DNA of 64,000 bases, taken from Trypanosoma brucei. Lineage: Eukaryota. The notes beneath the pieces were generated by a model that made no database searches, was not told the origin of the DNA, and worked only from the letters and a program-made list of their open reading frames with translations. The DNA lies in assembly GCA_000002445.1 (NCBI GenBank), contig CH464491.1:4128001-4192000 (forward strand), read 5' to 3'. Positions 42,101 to 51,942 of the stretch are shown here, piece after piece (position 1 is the first letter of the stretch; every line of letters starts with the position of its first letter). The position numbers were made by a program, and so were the translations under genes.

Positions 42101-42296
42101 CCAAAACGGAAGACATAACCGAATCGGTCACAAATCGTATTCGCTCGCTTTTCCAAGCACCACCGCGCCACCTGCCGACAGATGACTGGGCTTGCTTAAG
42201 CGCCTGCTTAAACTCAGGATCAATAACAAAACTCCCACCATCACCACGGGAAACCAGTGCCAACAGCGAATCAAGTGACCGCAGGAGAGCCTCCAT
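39156..42296 (-). CDS. Sec7-domain ARF guanine-nucleotide exchange factor (compact GBF/BIG-like), 1,046 aa.
   Basis: ATG at 42294-42296. The C-terminal third aligns to the Sec7 catalytic domain: GLINKGQWRQAMSFLKERDYI (KKGIQFL-like), WDRPTFEAQVWVVIQQRF (the FRLPGEAQKIDRMME-like motif with the glutamic finger), and SPDDANAMAGVLLFLHTSLHNANVRSSRMTMKDFVRNGNE (matching [38 protein letters not shown]). Confidence 0.7.
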   Translation of the reverse strand: MEALLRSLDSLLALVSRGDGGSFVIDPEFKQALKQAQSSVGRWRGGAWKSERIRFVTDSVMSSVLGALYIKKTRVTEAALPLLQRMIHNNCIQYTTSIVLYRANGSSSVLSCGAAMFEALGDVLARITDAGLQLTSVEILHDLVSDDSFPSFTGKCVTRCIQTCCRVALLGASEGARGISRDLLPLCVLRVTRTFLESAPTDSRSCTFTSLTPLDDYVHDVEPDSKHLPISVENNTDPFVEASLGETTGDERAAQSLSHNSECELFAETTFSSFDYFRSTLNGQIIGSALSSMKMGRFPDAMKDLLLLIKHTCSLGARTVSGSGSTGEGGPEARARQLALDMLEAVFQALPMANCCAEHHCATWLSLVITATKYDLTRCLARNLTAVAPASFFASAVRIISLLLQKCHYHLARELHTVLAVMLFPLALSRYSSFSQKHAVVDMVRELLSVPHLCVSLFINYDCNPTFDAGGKYGGMLELMVNFVAEMTFTHLIEPDWLSDDQQQLLRSGCASAIHNLVHSLQRWIAEDPDDYSHQQTREVVGQVLSRLPGDTVSDNRWYDVYRNYSERDVKDGHRVSERVTGNNMPVSPIVTDESLFEQQGVERRWSVGYHWKHIHYLLHSKRTAQLAVGLINKGQWRQAMSFLKERDYIPAEGEEGWSAFALFLKTYEGVERGALCGIFERVLKDKDCDRILREYLQHFSYRNVPIDIALRDTTCEFMSWDRPTFEAQVWVVIQQRFGEVYAAQNPRSISPDDANAMAGVLLFLHTSLHNANVRSSRMTMKDFVRNGNECVAVPFPEDVMCEMYTRVARSKWELDRFQRTPRQAEMEFSSPGLARMLDIYNQQRQQHVLSSEQLAPADAVGQTVDAAGLSHSGSGTRDASLENFVGSSGHSDSSLLDASMLPYTEELETFKSREPYHQRYAELALQCLQRLEREHRVLCGDRGGVQPYAIPHYAQHVRPMLLSLYPQIAATIYKGLRVLEVQPILRLLHDTYSMLDDLVAAFAVNLTGMHVAVEKRIQYYMLRGGTRHLPPPTRATFALPLMNLV

Positions 42297-42394
42297 TGTA
42301 GATCAGTACACCGGCACTGAGAGACCGTACACAATGTCGCCCAAGCACTTACTCTAACGTTCCCACGATTCCCCCACCCACTAAACTTGCACTG

Positions 42395-42500
42395 TACAAC
42401 AGAAAGGAAAAAAACGAAATAGGAAAAGAAAAAATGGAGAGAAATATAAAGAGGGGAAAATATAGACTACGGTTGAGGCGAAAACGAAAAAGTGGAAAAG
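42395..42500 (-). promoter_or_regulatory. Putative polypyrimidine tract / trans-splicing region upstream of the Sec7 gene.
   Basis: The plus strand is purine-rich (aaaggaaaaaaacgaaataggaaaagaaaaaatggagagaaatataaagaggggaaaatatag), which is a polyY tract on the coding strand 100-200 nt 5' of the ATG. Confidence 0.3.
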
Positions 42501-44082
42501 GATCGGAGAGAACGGTCGTTGAGGACGTGGTGATATCCACCCATGCGAGAAACGTTACCAGAATAACGGACCACTTCCACTGGAGCCGCCCGCCGTGACG
42601 TCTGTCATTATAGTCGCAACTTCGTCCCACAGCACCGCTTCATCTTAATCATTTCTGACGCCGTAACAACTACAACCACACACAACTTGAGCAGCCACGA
42701 CGATAATTACGAAAAAAAAAAAAAGAACCCGCTCCTCTACTATCTACACACATATATGCATAAGGGTCGATGGAAAGGAATTTTTCTAAAGTATTAGATG
42801 TTCTCCCACCCCCTCCGTTTCTTTGCATGACGCCACCGGGTAAACCAAAGGCAAGCGAGTCAAGCCGCAGTAAGTCGAGCAAAGCCAATGCCACAGCAGC
42901 CTTCACCCTGGCCATACAAATGTGGCACTCCAAAAAGGGGAACACACACAGAGAGAAAAGGGGCAATAAATGAACAGCTAAGCATCCCAAAATGTCTCTA
43001 CGACCACAGCACGAATAACGAAGCGCGAAACACCAAACTATGGCACTGATCAAATTGACAAGTTACAAAAAAAAAGAGTGGAAGAGGGAGAAATAGTGCG
43101 GAATAAAAGCAGGAAATGGAACATGTAAAGGGAGAACTCAACAAACACATATTCAGCGGAGTCATACCAAAGATTTCCCGACCCCACGTATGCACACTAA
43201 CTGGAATGAAGCGTAGGGGTGCGCGAAAATAAGTAACAACATTAGAATAAAAATTAAGGCGTAAGCAACTTTTGCACACCATACACCTCGGACCCAACAT
43301 TCCCCCTCCTCCACACACACCTCTTCCCCTCCAGTTATACTCTTTTTTCTTCTTTCCTTTCGTTACTTTTCCAACTACATATATTTGGACGGGCTCTCGT
43401 GACGCACAACAGATTCAAATGGGAAAGAACCGGAAGCTTGGAATCCAAGAACCCCAAGCGGGACTAGCGAAAGTACCTGCACAAACTGTACCCGCAGGCG
43501 GAGCAGCCGATAAGGAATGGAAGAAAGGAAAGTGAAGGAAACAAAGCATAGAAAGGCTCTCGTACAGAGCACCAAAGCGCAAAACAACAAAGTGACTCAA
43601 GGTAGAGAGAGGTAGTAAAATTAATAAAACAATAAAATCGGCCATCCCCCCTCTAGCGTGTTGAGAAGGCACACACCAAAAACACACAACCGACGGGGCT
43701 TCCGCTGATGAAATGTTTAAACCCCACACACACTCCCTTTCGCGCCAGCGCGTGTAAAGACAACGTTGTGGCAAAGGAGTGGTAACAAGTAAATACTGGA
43801 AATATTGGAAAAAAAAAAAGGTCGAAAACCAAAAAGACAAGAAAGCAAACAATCATTTGCGGCATACCATAAACTCTCCTTAGGTACATAAGGGCCCTCT
43901 TTCCTCCCTCCCCCTCCTTTGTCTACCAACAGGCAAATTCTGCACAACCCATCATTGCCGTTTACATGTGATGCAGATTAGACGACACGGAAGGGAAGGG
44001 GAATATATGATACATACCCTATCGTGCTCTCACTTCTACTGTATACGTTTATGACTACTAATATAAGAATTAGAAACATGGT

Positions 44083-45585
44083 TCACATCACCGAACAGCA
44101 TTTAGACGCTGCGCATTTATTCGTGTGCGGTTCCCTGGTCCGCGGGTTGAATCCTCCACCGGGGGAAGCAAAATTGCAGCTGGGTCTTGCCTTCTTAGCG
44201 TCTGATGCGCGTGTTTGAGGTCCTTCTTCTGTCACTTGAAATGGTTCAGAAAAACAACAAACAGCAGTCGGCTCTGCTATCGTTGAATTCACCACAACAG
44301 GTATCACTAGTACACCGCCCTCAGACGCATTATCAATGAGACAACCGGAGCTGCATAGTGTCTGGTGGACGCCACTTCCTGATACCTCAACCGCGCTTCG
44401 GCTCCCACGCGCCTGCAGTGTTGTAGGTTTAGGATCGGGTTTCTGCACAAAATCTGTCACAGGCGCTCTATCTATCAGTTTACTTTCACCCGAACCCTTG
44501 CACCGCCCTTCCGCCCCCATTGGGGACTGCGCGACAGGGGTTAACATCCTCTTCTTGTCGCTCACGCCGTTGTGCGCTTCGTGTTTCACCGTGGTGCTTG
44601 AGCCATTACACGGAGCACACCCCACCTGACTAGTATAAACAGCAGTACATTTTTTAGAGATTGGAGACACCGGGGCTCTCGTCACCTTTCCACGGGCCTG
44701 CGACACCCTACGTCTATCACCTTCCACAGACGCGTCCTTATGCTGAAACCTCTCCCGATGCGACTGCTGCCGTTGTTGGTTGTGACTATGATCTCCTAAA
44801 CCCACAAGACTCCGTACCTGCCCCGCGCGCACCTCCTGCTCCCTCTGCGAGCCGGCAGTTGATGCATATCTTAGTCTAACTTTACTATTCCTTGTAACAG
44901 AAACTACACTGTCGATTCCCTCCCGCCTATGATTTTGTGAGAGTTGCCTGGTATTTGGGGCCCCCATCCGCTCGTCCCTGTGGTGTTTCTCACCCGAAAT
45001 CCTTCCCTTATGTCGCAGCGTTGCCCGGCGGCTCCCCCTTCTAAGAGCGGGAGAGAATGAGTCATCTGCAGTAAACTTCTTTGGCGACGACTCATCACTT
45101 GGGTACGACAGGTCGAGCCAAATTGATGTCTTCTGCACCGCAGTATGTGAAGAGGACGACTCGGACACCCCGTCGTCCTCGGCCTGCAATGCACGCCAGT
45201 ACTCCTCACTCCAATATTCCTCATCTGCCGTCACATGCCGGCCCCGCTGCAACTCCTCAGCGATGGCATCCAAACCTTCACGCTCCGGCGCGCACAGAAA
45301 TGCACAAAAGGGGTTCGATGATGACACACATCTGTGAAAGTGGTCCGCACATGGAGCCACCTCTATAGCCAAAGTGATCGTGGGCAACGTGCCATGCAGC
45401 AGGGAAGTGCGGTTCCCCGACACAATATCATCAATGAGTGGGGTCAAATCGTCGGGTGGGCGATAGATGACTTGAGGGTCTGATAATCTGAAGTCACGCA
45501 AGAATGGGACAGTGGTGAACACGTTGCCATCAGGCTGTACGTCATCACCTGGGTAGTAGGCCACCGCGGCGTGACGTTGGGACAT
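44083..45585 (-). CDS. Hypothetical S/R/Q-rich protein of 500 aa, largely low-complexity.
   Basis: ATG at 45583-45585. The N-terminal ~130 aa look globular and the remainder is disorder-like. The ORF length and the absence of competing frames support a gene. Confidence 0.4.
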   Translation of the reverse strand: MSQRHAAVAYYPGDDVQPDGNVFTTVPFLRDFRLSDPQVIYRPPDDLTPLIDDIVSGNRTSLLHGTLPTITLAIEVAPCADHFHRCVSSSNPFCAFLCAPEREGLDAIAEELQRGRHVTADEEYWSEEYWRALQAEDDGVSESSSSHTAVQKTSIWLDLSYPSDESSPKKFTADDSFSPALRRGSRRATLRHKGRISGEKHHRDERMGAPNTRQLSQNHRREGIDSVVSVTRNSKVRLRYASTAGSQREQEVRAGQVRSLVGLGDHSHNQQRQQSHRERFQHKDASVEGDRRRVSQARGKVTRAPVSPISKKCTAVYTSQVGCAPCNGSSTTVKHEAHNGVSDKKRMLTPVAQSPMGAEGRCKGSGESKLIDRAPVTDFVQKPDPKPTTLQARGSRSAVEVSGSGVHQTLCSSGCLIDNASEGGVLVIPVVVNSTIAEPTAVCCFSEPFQVTEEGPQTRASDAKKARPSCNFASPGGGFNPRTREPHTNKCAASKCCSVM

Positions 45586-46098
45586 GAACGACTCTCAGTC
45601 CACCGCATGCGATGCCGCGGCGACACCGGGTAAACTACAACAAGTAGGGCAGAATAAAACACGCCCCAGCGAACAGAGGCCTAGTCACTAAATGGATGTC
45701 AGAAATCAAAAAGCAATGAAGGAAGAGAGAACAAAAAAGAAAATTTACGTACTTCGTAAGTCAGCACACGTGAAGACGCAGAAAAGGTTCCCGCTTGCCT
45801 GCTAATAGGCGAATGCCGGTGGTTCGTTGAGGTACCGAGAGCCTGATGCTTCAGCACAGCTTATACGGTACAACCGGCTCACTTTTTGAGAATCCCTCCC
45901 CATGTTCATCCGGTTCATCCGCCGAAGTCACTTCCCCACTTGATTCAAATCTCTCATATCCGTTTATTTCCTGTCTTGTCCACCACCTCCCGCACAGCAC
46001 CTTCGGCATTCCCACTCACACACTCTTATGGTCAGCTGTTTTTCTATTAACTTCTCCCTCTACCTCCACAAACCCAGTGATGTCGGACCAAACCGGCA

Positions 46099-49000
46099 TC
46101 ATTTCCTCACCCTGTCATGATACTCACATGGTCTCACACGCCCGCACGGCTTCTTGCTACGTTTCAAAATTGCCTCACAGTACAGCTGCTCGCGCTGCGT
46201 TGCTGAACCGACGGAAAACGTCACGGTTTCTGCCACTGCCGCAGAACCACTGGTAGCGGGTGCCTGTGTGAGCAACGAACCATCCAACGTGCTGATGCTG
46301 TCATTCCCCAAATGCGCGCCCGAAACTGGGCTTAAACACTCGGGTGCTCGCTCCTGCCCATGTGAAACCACGTTCGTCTCTTGAGTCTCCGCAACTGACA
46401 CGGAAGACGCTGGGACAGCATTGGCGCTGCTTCGGCTCTGCGAGTTGCCGAAGACTATGATATCAAGAGGCCTTCCCTCGTGTCGTAATGCAGAGATTCG
46501 CGAAGCGGCACGGGCGACATCCTCTTCTAACTGCTGCTCCTCGTTTTGAAGAGGACAGATGCTCAATGTAGCTGTGTGGGGCGGGGCGAAAGCAGCTTTT
46601 GTACTCAGTACAACAGAACCTGCCTGTCCCCCAACAGCTGAAAACATTTCGTCACATCGCCCCTCCATGGAGGGGCGATGTGAGTACGAAACATTACCAT
46701 TTGGCATCAGGCTACGTAGATGCGAAGCGACGACCTGTAGCTTCTGGGCATCTACTGAGCAGTTGGCCGTTATACGCTCACATACCTGCAAAGCATCCGC
46801 ATATCGCTGCATGAGAATGTAAAAATCCAGGCGAAGCACATCTGCGGCGGCGGGATCGGGGAAGCGTCGGAGAACGGTTTCTACAATTTCTTCCTCCGGC
46901 GACTGGGGCTTGATGAGGCCGCTGAATATTTTAATATCAGCTGTTTGCAGCGCCGCCCACGCCAACACGCGCGTTGCAACGCAGTGCCATGGCGTTCCGT
47001 CAGATCTACGGAACAATGTTTCCAGTACCGCAGTGCTCCCGCGCTTGTAGGCCAGGTAAAGAAGTTTCACCGCAACCGACGAAGGCAGTGTCCCCACAGT
47101 GGTGATTGCCAAAGTGCTGCCAATTAGGTGAAACACACTTTCGTATGCTCCACTGTGTGTGAGGCCGCTAAGAATGCCAGGAATTATGTCGAGAAACGGC
47201 GGGGAACCGATCTCGCGTGCAGGCAAGGTAGGGCAAATGCAGTGATCCGCTGCGTAGGCTAAGTAGGCCCATGAATCCACTGAAGCCGGAAGGCAAAAGG
47301 TACTGAGAAATTGCACTCGTGCAGACCTCTTTTCGTAGTCGTGGTAACAATGTGGTCCCGTAAAGGTGCAGTACAACACGAGAAGAGCTATTTCTGGTTT
47401 CAGCGACGCCACCTGTTGGACGATACTTCGCAACGGAGCACCATCTGTACAGTTTACGTGTGAAAGAATGGCGTCGATGCACATGGACGGTGCCGAACCT
47501 TCAGAACCCCATAATTTCAACGCTTCCATCGAAGAAGCGGGCTCAAGTAAGTCAAATTCCTGCTGAAATTGTTTGCGCAACTCAGTTTGTAACGTACACA
47601 CTTGTTGACGTATACTGTCCAAGCCTAGCACCTCGCGAAGAGGTACATCAAGGCACTCCTGAGCTCCAACAGTGTGAAGAAACTGATACACAGAGAGTCG
47701 AATATACACAATGTGAAGCCTCCGAATCAGGTGCATGGAAATACTCTGGTACGACATCAAGTCCCTGTTCAGCTCCCGTTCGCGGTGCAGTGTGGCAACC
47801 ATACAGTGTTGTAGGTCCAGTAGCTTCCTAATAGCGCTCTCCACGGAATGTTGATCGCGTACTACAGCAGCCTCGGTCTCCAACTCCCGAACTAGCGACT
47901 CACACTCTTCCCGCAATCCAGCAAGTTGAGTAGGCGCAGCGCAAACCACCTGATGGCAAAGTTGCTTGTTATTCAAGTCCCCGAAGATAAGCACACTGGC
48001 ATTCTGTCGCAGGGATATTATGTTCAGCGAAGAGCTTCCCAGCTCGTTCTGCACGAGCAACTCATAGGCTCGCTGCCTGAAGGCTAAATCATGTATGTGA
48101 CCACTCCACACGAAAACGCTATGGGACCACCCACCAACTGTAGGCAGTGTGCCCGGACCGCCTGAGCTGTGTAGTGGCAACGAACTAAAGTTCACTGATA
48201 CTGGCGTTTGCACAGCAAGGTGAATGCCGTACGCACGGCTTTCGCCAGCAAGGAAAATTCTTCCCACGTCCTCTGATCCAGCGGGTACCGACAGTTGCTC
48301 GTCAAGCAGCCGCACAGGCGTTACAGAACAGTCAGCCACCTCCTCATCTACCGCCATCATTGCCCCACCGCGCACGTTAGGGGGAAACCAGTAGGCACAC
48401 AGCGAGTAATCATCGCACATCACCCACAAGGCGGACCCTCCGGCGAAGGCAGCGTGAGTCGGGGTTGCAGAGGACGACACTCGTAGCAAGTGAGTAATGC
48501 GGCACAGAATAGAACGGTCACTGGACTCATACAGTTCAGCAACAGCAACACAGCCGTCATCCAAAAGGACAATCAGTTCCGCCGTTGTACGCCCACTAAG
48601 GATTCGCACTGGACACGTGTTACCAAAATCGTATAGAATCCGCACGTGGCACCCTCCCTGGCCACGCGTACAGCTGAACAACTCGCCGGTGCCAAGAATG
48701 TAAAGGGCCACATCACAAAATCCGTTCCGGATGCACACAACACTGTGCCGTCTCACCTTCGGCTTCCTCTTCATGCGAGGTAATTCATGCACCTTCACCT
48801 GTGGACCAGATACAAACGTGACGGTTGTCCTCTGCCCCTTATCCGGCTCGTGAGTAGCGCAGCAAACCAAGACATCACTCGAATTCGTGGCGGCGTCGAT
48901 ACCCCCATCGGGGACGTCCGGCAGTTTTGCCTGAGCAAGCAGAACTCCGGTATCAGAAAAAACTCGAGCCTCGGATACGCAACTGCCACTTGAGTTACCA

Positions 49001-49104
49001 ACGCTTTTGTACCCCCGTCTCCCTGTAGATACCGTCAGTACCTTACCGGCATCAAAAGAAGCCCAATCAACTGCCGCTGTCGTTATACGCCGCACCTCCG
49101 CCAT
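46099..49104 (-). CDS. Hypothetical protein of 1,001 aa, no recognised domain.
   Basis: ATG at 49102-49104. Long ORF with coding-like codon usage. The N-terminal half is beta-rich in composition and the C-terminal half is helical, possibly a propeller plus solenoid arrangement. Confidence 0.55.
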   Translation of the reverse strand: MAEVRRITTAAVDWASFDAGKVLTVSTGRRGYKSVGNSSGSCVSEARVFSDTGVLLAQAKLPDVPDGGIDAATNSSDVLVCCATHEPDKGQRTTVTFVSGPQVKVHELPRMKRKPKVRRHSVVCIRNGFCDVALYILGTGELFSCTRGQGGCHVRILYDFGNTCPVRILSGRTTAELIVLLDDGCVAVAELYESSDRSILCRITHLLRVSSSATPTHAAFAGGSALWVMCDDYSLCAYWFPPNVRGGAMMAVDEEVADCSVTPVRLLDEQLSVPAGSEDVGRIFLAGESRAYGIHLAVQTPVSVNFSSLPLHSSGGPGTLPTVGGWSHSVFVWSGHIHDLAFRQRAYELLVQNELGSSSLNIISLRQNASVLIFGDLNNKQLCHQVVCAAPTQLAGLREECESLVRELETEAAVVRDQHSVESAIRKLLDLQHCMVATLHRERELNRDLMSYQSISMHLIRRLHIVYIRLSVYQFLHTVGAQECLDVPLREVLGLDSIRQQVCTLQTELRKQFQQEFDLLEPASSMEALKLWGSEGSAPSMCIDAILSHVNCTDGAPLRSIVQQVASLKPEIALLVLYCTFTGPHCYHDYEKRSARVQFLSTFCLPASVDSWAYLAYAADHCICPTLPAREIGSPPFLDIIPGILSGLTHSGAYESVFHLIGSTLAITTVGTLPSSVAVKLLYLAYKRGSTAVLETLFRRSDGTPWHCVATRVLAWAALQTADIKIFSGLIKPQSPEEEIVETVLRRFPDPAAADVLRLDFYILMQRYADALQVCERITANCSVDAQKLQVVASHLRSLMPNGNVSYSHRPSMEGRCDEMFSAVGGQAGSVVLSTKAAFAPPHTATLSICPLQNEEQQLEEDVARAASRISALRHEGRPLDIIVFGNSQSRSSANAVPASSVSVAETQETNVVSHGQERAPECLSPVSGAHLGNDSISTLDGSLLTQAPATSGSAAVAETVTFSVGSATQREQLYCEAILKRSKKPCGRVRPCEYHDRVRK

Positions 49105-49875
49105 ATGAAAGAGTAAAAAAGGGAGGGGATGTTATGACGAGAGAAAAGTATCTCAAGCCGAGTTACTTGCCTCCTGCACACGTAACCCCCTCGCTTCTCT
49201 ATTATTGATTTCCTCTTCCGTTCTTACCCTTCCCACTGCACACTTCCCCGTTCCTCCTCCTGCTTTTCCTCTCTGCTATTATTCCTCTTTTGGATGTTTA
49301 CCTTCTCCTCCTCGTACTTCTGTATTTTCGTGCACTCCGTGAAAGTGTGCACACTCCTCGTTCCTTTGCTCTTCGGTGGAGTCCTACACTTTGAAAAAAA
49401 ATAAATAAAGGTCTTTTGTCAATCCCGAACCCCGTTCGCTCCTTTCTTCTTCCTGTTGTCTTTTCCGGAACGGCACCCCTTTCTGAGAGTGACCGGAGGG
49501 CGAGTTGAGCTAGTTACAATAGGCCTCCACCTTCCTTTGTGTATGTTTATGGATATGCGAGTGAGTGAGGGTGCCTGCTTCTTTTTTCTCCCCTTTTTTT
49601 TTCTGTTAGTCTGCTTCCACTCGCGCAAACTCCTAATATTTATACCCCTTGCGCCGCTAAGAGATAATGAGGTCGTGAGTTGAGAATAGGGATCAAGAAG
49701 GTAAACGAAAATCAAAAAGTCACGCACAGAGTTTTTGGTTGGGTGGAACAGGAGCGGTAACCACCGTCTGCATGAAAAGTGTCTTAACGCCACCGCACAG
49801 AAGAACACACAAAAATGCATAAACGTAGTTGTTGCTGCTGTTGTGCCTCTAAATGCAAATTTCAGGCGACCCAAC

Positions 49876-50976
49876 CTATACAGTTTCCGTATTATCGGGA
49901 TCCCTTTTGGAGCAAGATTTCCAAGCTTCAGTTAAGTAAATAAATAAATGTCCGCACAGTTGGGCATCTTGTAAAGCATCGTGTCGGTCCTCCCTTCCAG
50001 CAGCGTCAATGCCAGCCAAGCTACATGCTTTGGTTAAATTCGTAGGACATTCCGGATACAACGCACGGAACATTGACATCGTGCAGGTAAGAGGTGATTG
50101 CTTGTCCCACACCACTTCCCAACCATTGCGAAGTGCACTTTGGTACAGGAAGTTCCTATCGAAGGCAGCATTATGGGCTATAACAGGCGGGAATACAAGT
50201 GTCCTGTTGTTGCGACATGACGATTGGAGCGCCGTGAGGAAACCACCAACCTTTGCAGCACATCCTTCAACCTGGAAAGAGGGTCTGCTTACGCTGACGG
50301 TCGCAGCAGCTCCACCACTGCTGAGAGGTACACGCTCAACATTATTAGTACCGCCAGGACCTTTGTAATGGATATCTCCCGCTGCTGTCGATGTGGACCC
50401 GCTCCGAACATCGGACAAGAACGCGGCTAAATCTGGAAGGATGGCTGCAAAAGGTGGTTGGCGTTCAAGCACCTTTGATGTCAATTTGTGCACCCTGTAA
50501 GCAGAAGAAGAAACTTTTTTAGTTGGCTTCACTAAGCGGTGGAATGAACGGCCGCTCAACTCCCACTGGTTGTGACCAGCCGCACCGAAGAGCAACTCAA
50601 CGACCGCGATAGAAATTATCTCGTCTTTCGTGGGTGCAATGCCAGTTGTTTCAACGTCAATGCACACCGCAGAGAGGGGCTGGAGACGTTTAGAAGAAAG
50701 CACACTGCGCTCAACTATTGTTGGCGGCGCGGAAGAAGGAGGTGCATGTGGGGCACCAAGCAGTAACGAAACTCCCATTGCAGATGTCTGCACAGCATCT
50801 GAAGGATGAGCGGTCGTGTTTTCTCTCCGCTGTTTTTTTTGAACCTGCTCCCCGTCACACGGCCCGTCCCAACCGCTTAAAGCTTCGCTCCAGGAAGAAG
50901 GAAGGGAGTCAGGCAAGTCACTATCCATTGCCTCTGTGGAGCTCTTTTCGGAATGTCCGTGTTTATTGGCACTCAT
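49876..50976 (-). CDS. DEDDh-family (DnaQ/RNase T-like) 3'-5' exonuclease domain protein, ~366 aa.
   Basis: The track start at 50991 is GTG. The first ATG is at 50974-50976 (MSANKHGHSEKSS...). It has Exo I (CIDVETTGIAPTKDEIISIAVVEL), Exo II (IAHNAAFDRNFL) and Exo III (HDALQDAQLCGHLF) motifs, after an S-rich N-terminal region. Confidence 0.75.
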   Translation of the reverse strand: MSANKHGHSEKSSTEAMDSDLPDSLPSSWSEALSGWDGPCDGEQVQKKQRRENTTAHPSDAVQTSAMGVSLLLGAPHAPPSSAPPTIVERSVLSSKRLQPLSAVCIDVETTGIAPTKDEIISIAVVELLFGAAGHNQWELSGRSFHRLVKPTKKVSSSAYRVHKLTSKVLERQPPFAAILPDLAAFLSDVRSGSTSTAAGDIHYKGPGGTNNVERVPLSSGGAAATVSVSRPSFQVEGCAAKVGGFLTALQSSCRNNRTLVFPPVIAHNAAFDRNFLYQSALRNGWEVVWDKQSPLTCTMSMFRALYPECPTNLTKACSLAGIDAAGREDRHDALQDAQLCGHLFIYLTEAWKSCSKRDPDNTETV

Positions 50977-51942
50977 TTGGCTTCTCTCCACAAGACTAGT
51001 GTATTATCAAGAAGTCGATAGTAAGACAATGATAAGGGGAACAAAAAAAAAAGAGATAAGAGTGAAATGTCGTACGAGTGAGTTTGCAAAAGAAAAAAAA
51101 AGAAATGTAACCACTCACCAGGTGCGTATAACTTGGTGCCCTTAGACACCAACGCAAATCGCACGCACGGAGACGATTCGGCGTGTTGCCGCAACAATAC
51201 CTGAGCTATCAAAATTTCGAACCCCGATGCAATTTTCATTGGAGTTTCTGTCGCTCACTTCCTTTTTGTGCCGACTTCCCTTCCTCCTCCCTTCATGTTG
51301 TTCTCCTCCTTCATCTGAAAAGGGGGAAAATCTCAAAATCATCGCCCCCCCCCCAGAAAAAATAAAACGACGAAACAAAATGAGGAAGACAGGACACCAC
51401 ACCACTTCTCACGACCTTTGACCGTCGGCCCTTTCCGACCGCTCGAAATACAGCACATGTTAATTCTTGGTATTCCGTGTAAAATGCCGCCGTCAAGCAA
51501 CACTGCAGAAACGCACACCCCCCTTGCCTTCCGCACACGTGCAAAAAAAAAAAAACTCTCCACACAATGGCGACTACAAGATGTGTCGACCACACCCCCT
51601 TATTCACACCATCTTTCTTTTGCCCTCGAAGAGCTGAAGCACCGTCCGAACTTGACCAACGTTCACTTACACCGACAATTTACGGTCACATTTGCCTCCT
51701 CCAACACGTTTTCCTTCCTTCCTTCATTGTTTTTTATGGGTGATCCACAATGCGGAAATACATCTCATTTTTGTTTTTTCTTTTCACTTTGCACCACAAC
51801 AAATTGCACAAACTTAATACTCGCCGAAGCTTTCCCCCTCAGAAAAGCAAGACCCCATCCCCGCTGCGACGCGCAGACGCAAATTAAGTACCCAAGTTTA
51901 CCAAAACCAACCACCTGACAGCGCAACCAATTAAACCATTAT

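Noticed and set aside
42630-44082. ORFs 42670..43053, 43415..43852 and others in the 1.8-kb spacer
   Set aside because: The reading frames overlap each other, are rich in F/L/C/P from homopolymeric tracts and have no start-ATG context, which is consistent with UTR and trans-splicing signal sequence.
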